NCBI RefSeq assembly: GCF_001194135.2
Contig: NC_068997.1
Coordinates: forward strand, 3,201,579 to 3,265,578
DNA from: Octopus bimaculoides
Lineage: Eukaryota
Length of the DNA: 64,000 nt
Direction: 5' to 3'
The notes beneath the pieces are model-generated. The model was not told where the DNA came from. It saw nothing but the letters and a program-made list of their open reading frames with translations, and did not search any database. Shown here piece by piece: positions 63,790 to 64,000 of this stretch (position 1 is the first letter of the stretch; each line of letters starts with the position of its first letter). Both the position numbers and the translations under genes were made by a program.

Positions 63790-64000
63790 GAATGGTGGCA
63801 GTGATCGTGGTGGTGGTAGTGGTAATGCTTTTGATAGTGGTGGTGGTAGTGGTGGCGGTCGTGGTAGTGGCGGCGGCTGTGGTGGAAGTAGCGGCGGCGG
63901 CGCTGGTAGTGGTGGTGGTGTTGGTGGTGGTGGTGGTGGTGGTGGTAGTGGTAGAGGAGTTGATAGTGGTGATGGTGGTTGTGGTGGTGGTTGTGGTCCT
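63790..64000 (+). repeat. (GGT/GGC) low-complexity tract, runs off the window end
   Basis: Directly visible. Confidence 0.9.

Overview
This is eukaryotic, AT-rich, repeat-dense DNA with many N-gaps flanked by microsatellites, typical of a short-read scaffold. The tRNA-headed SINE families and the density of simple repeats suggest a coleoid cephalopod, probably Octopus; this is inferred from recognition, not a search. No host protein-coding gene could be confidently identified, and most listed ORFs are microsatellite or gap artefacts. The recognisable content is transposon-derived. (1) A Penelope-like element remnant (minus strand, CxxC linker plus GIY-YIG) lies upstream of an apparently intact minimal type I hammerhead ribozyme at 694-755. 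(2) There are three maT/DD37D-like mariner remnants, two Tc1 N-terminal remnants and two MITEs. (3) A head-to-tail cluster of R4/Dong-like RLE retrotransposons at 39.4-44.7 kb is separated by trinucleotide tracts, with two more 3' ends at 53.4-54.0 kb. (4) One L1/Tx1-like element appears to carry ORF1 only. (5) About 20 SINE copies and a length-conserved 22-bp minisatellite are also present. I found no firm evidence of a wholly new biological system. The best leads are the ribozyme and its possible role in defining the element's 5' end, the microsatellite-linked R4 array, and the 22-bp phased array. Most boundaries are approximate, read by eye.
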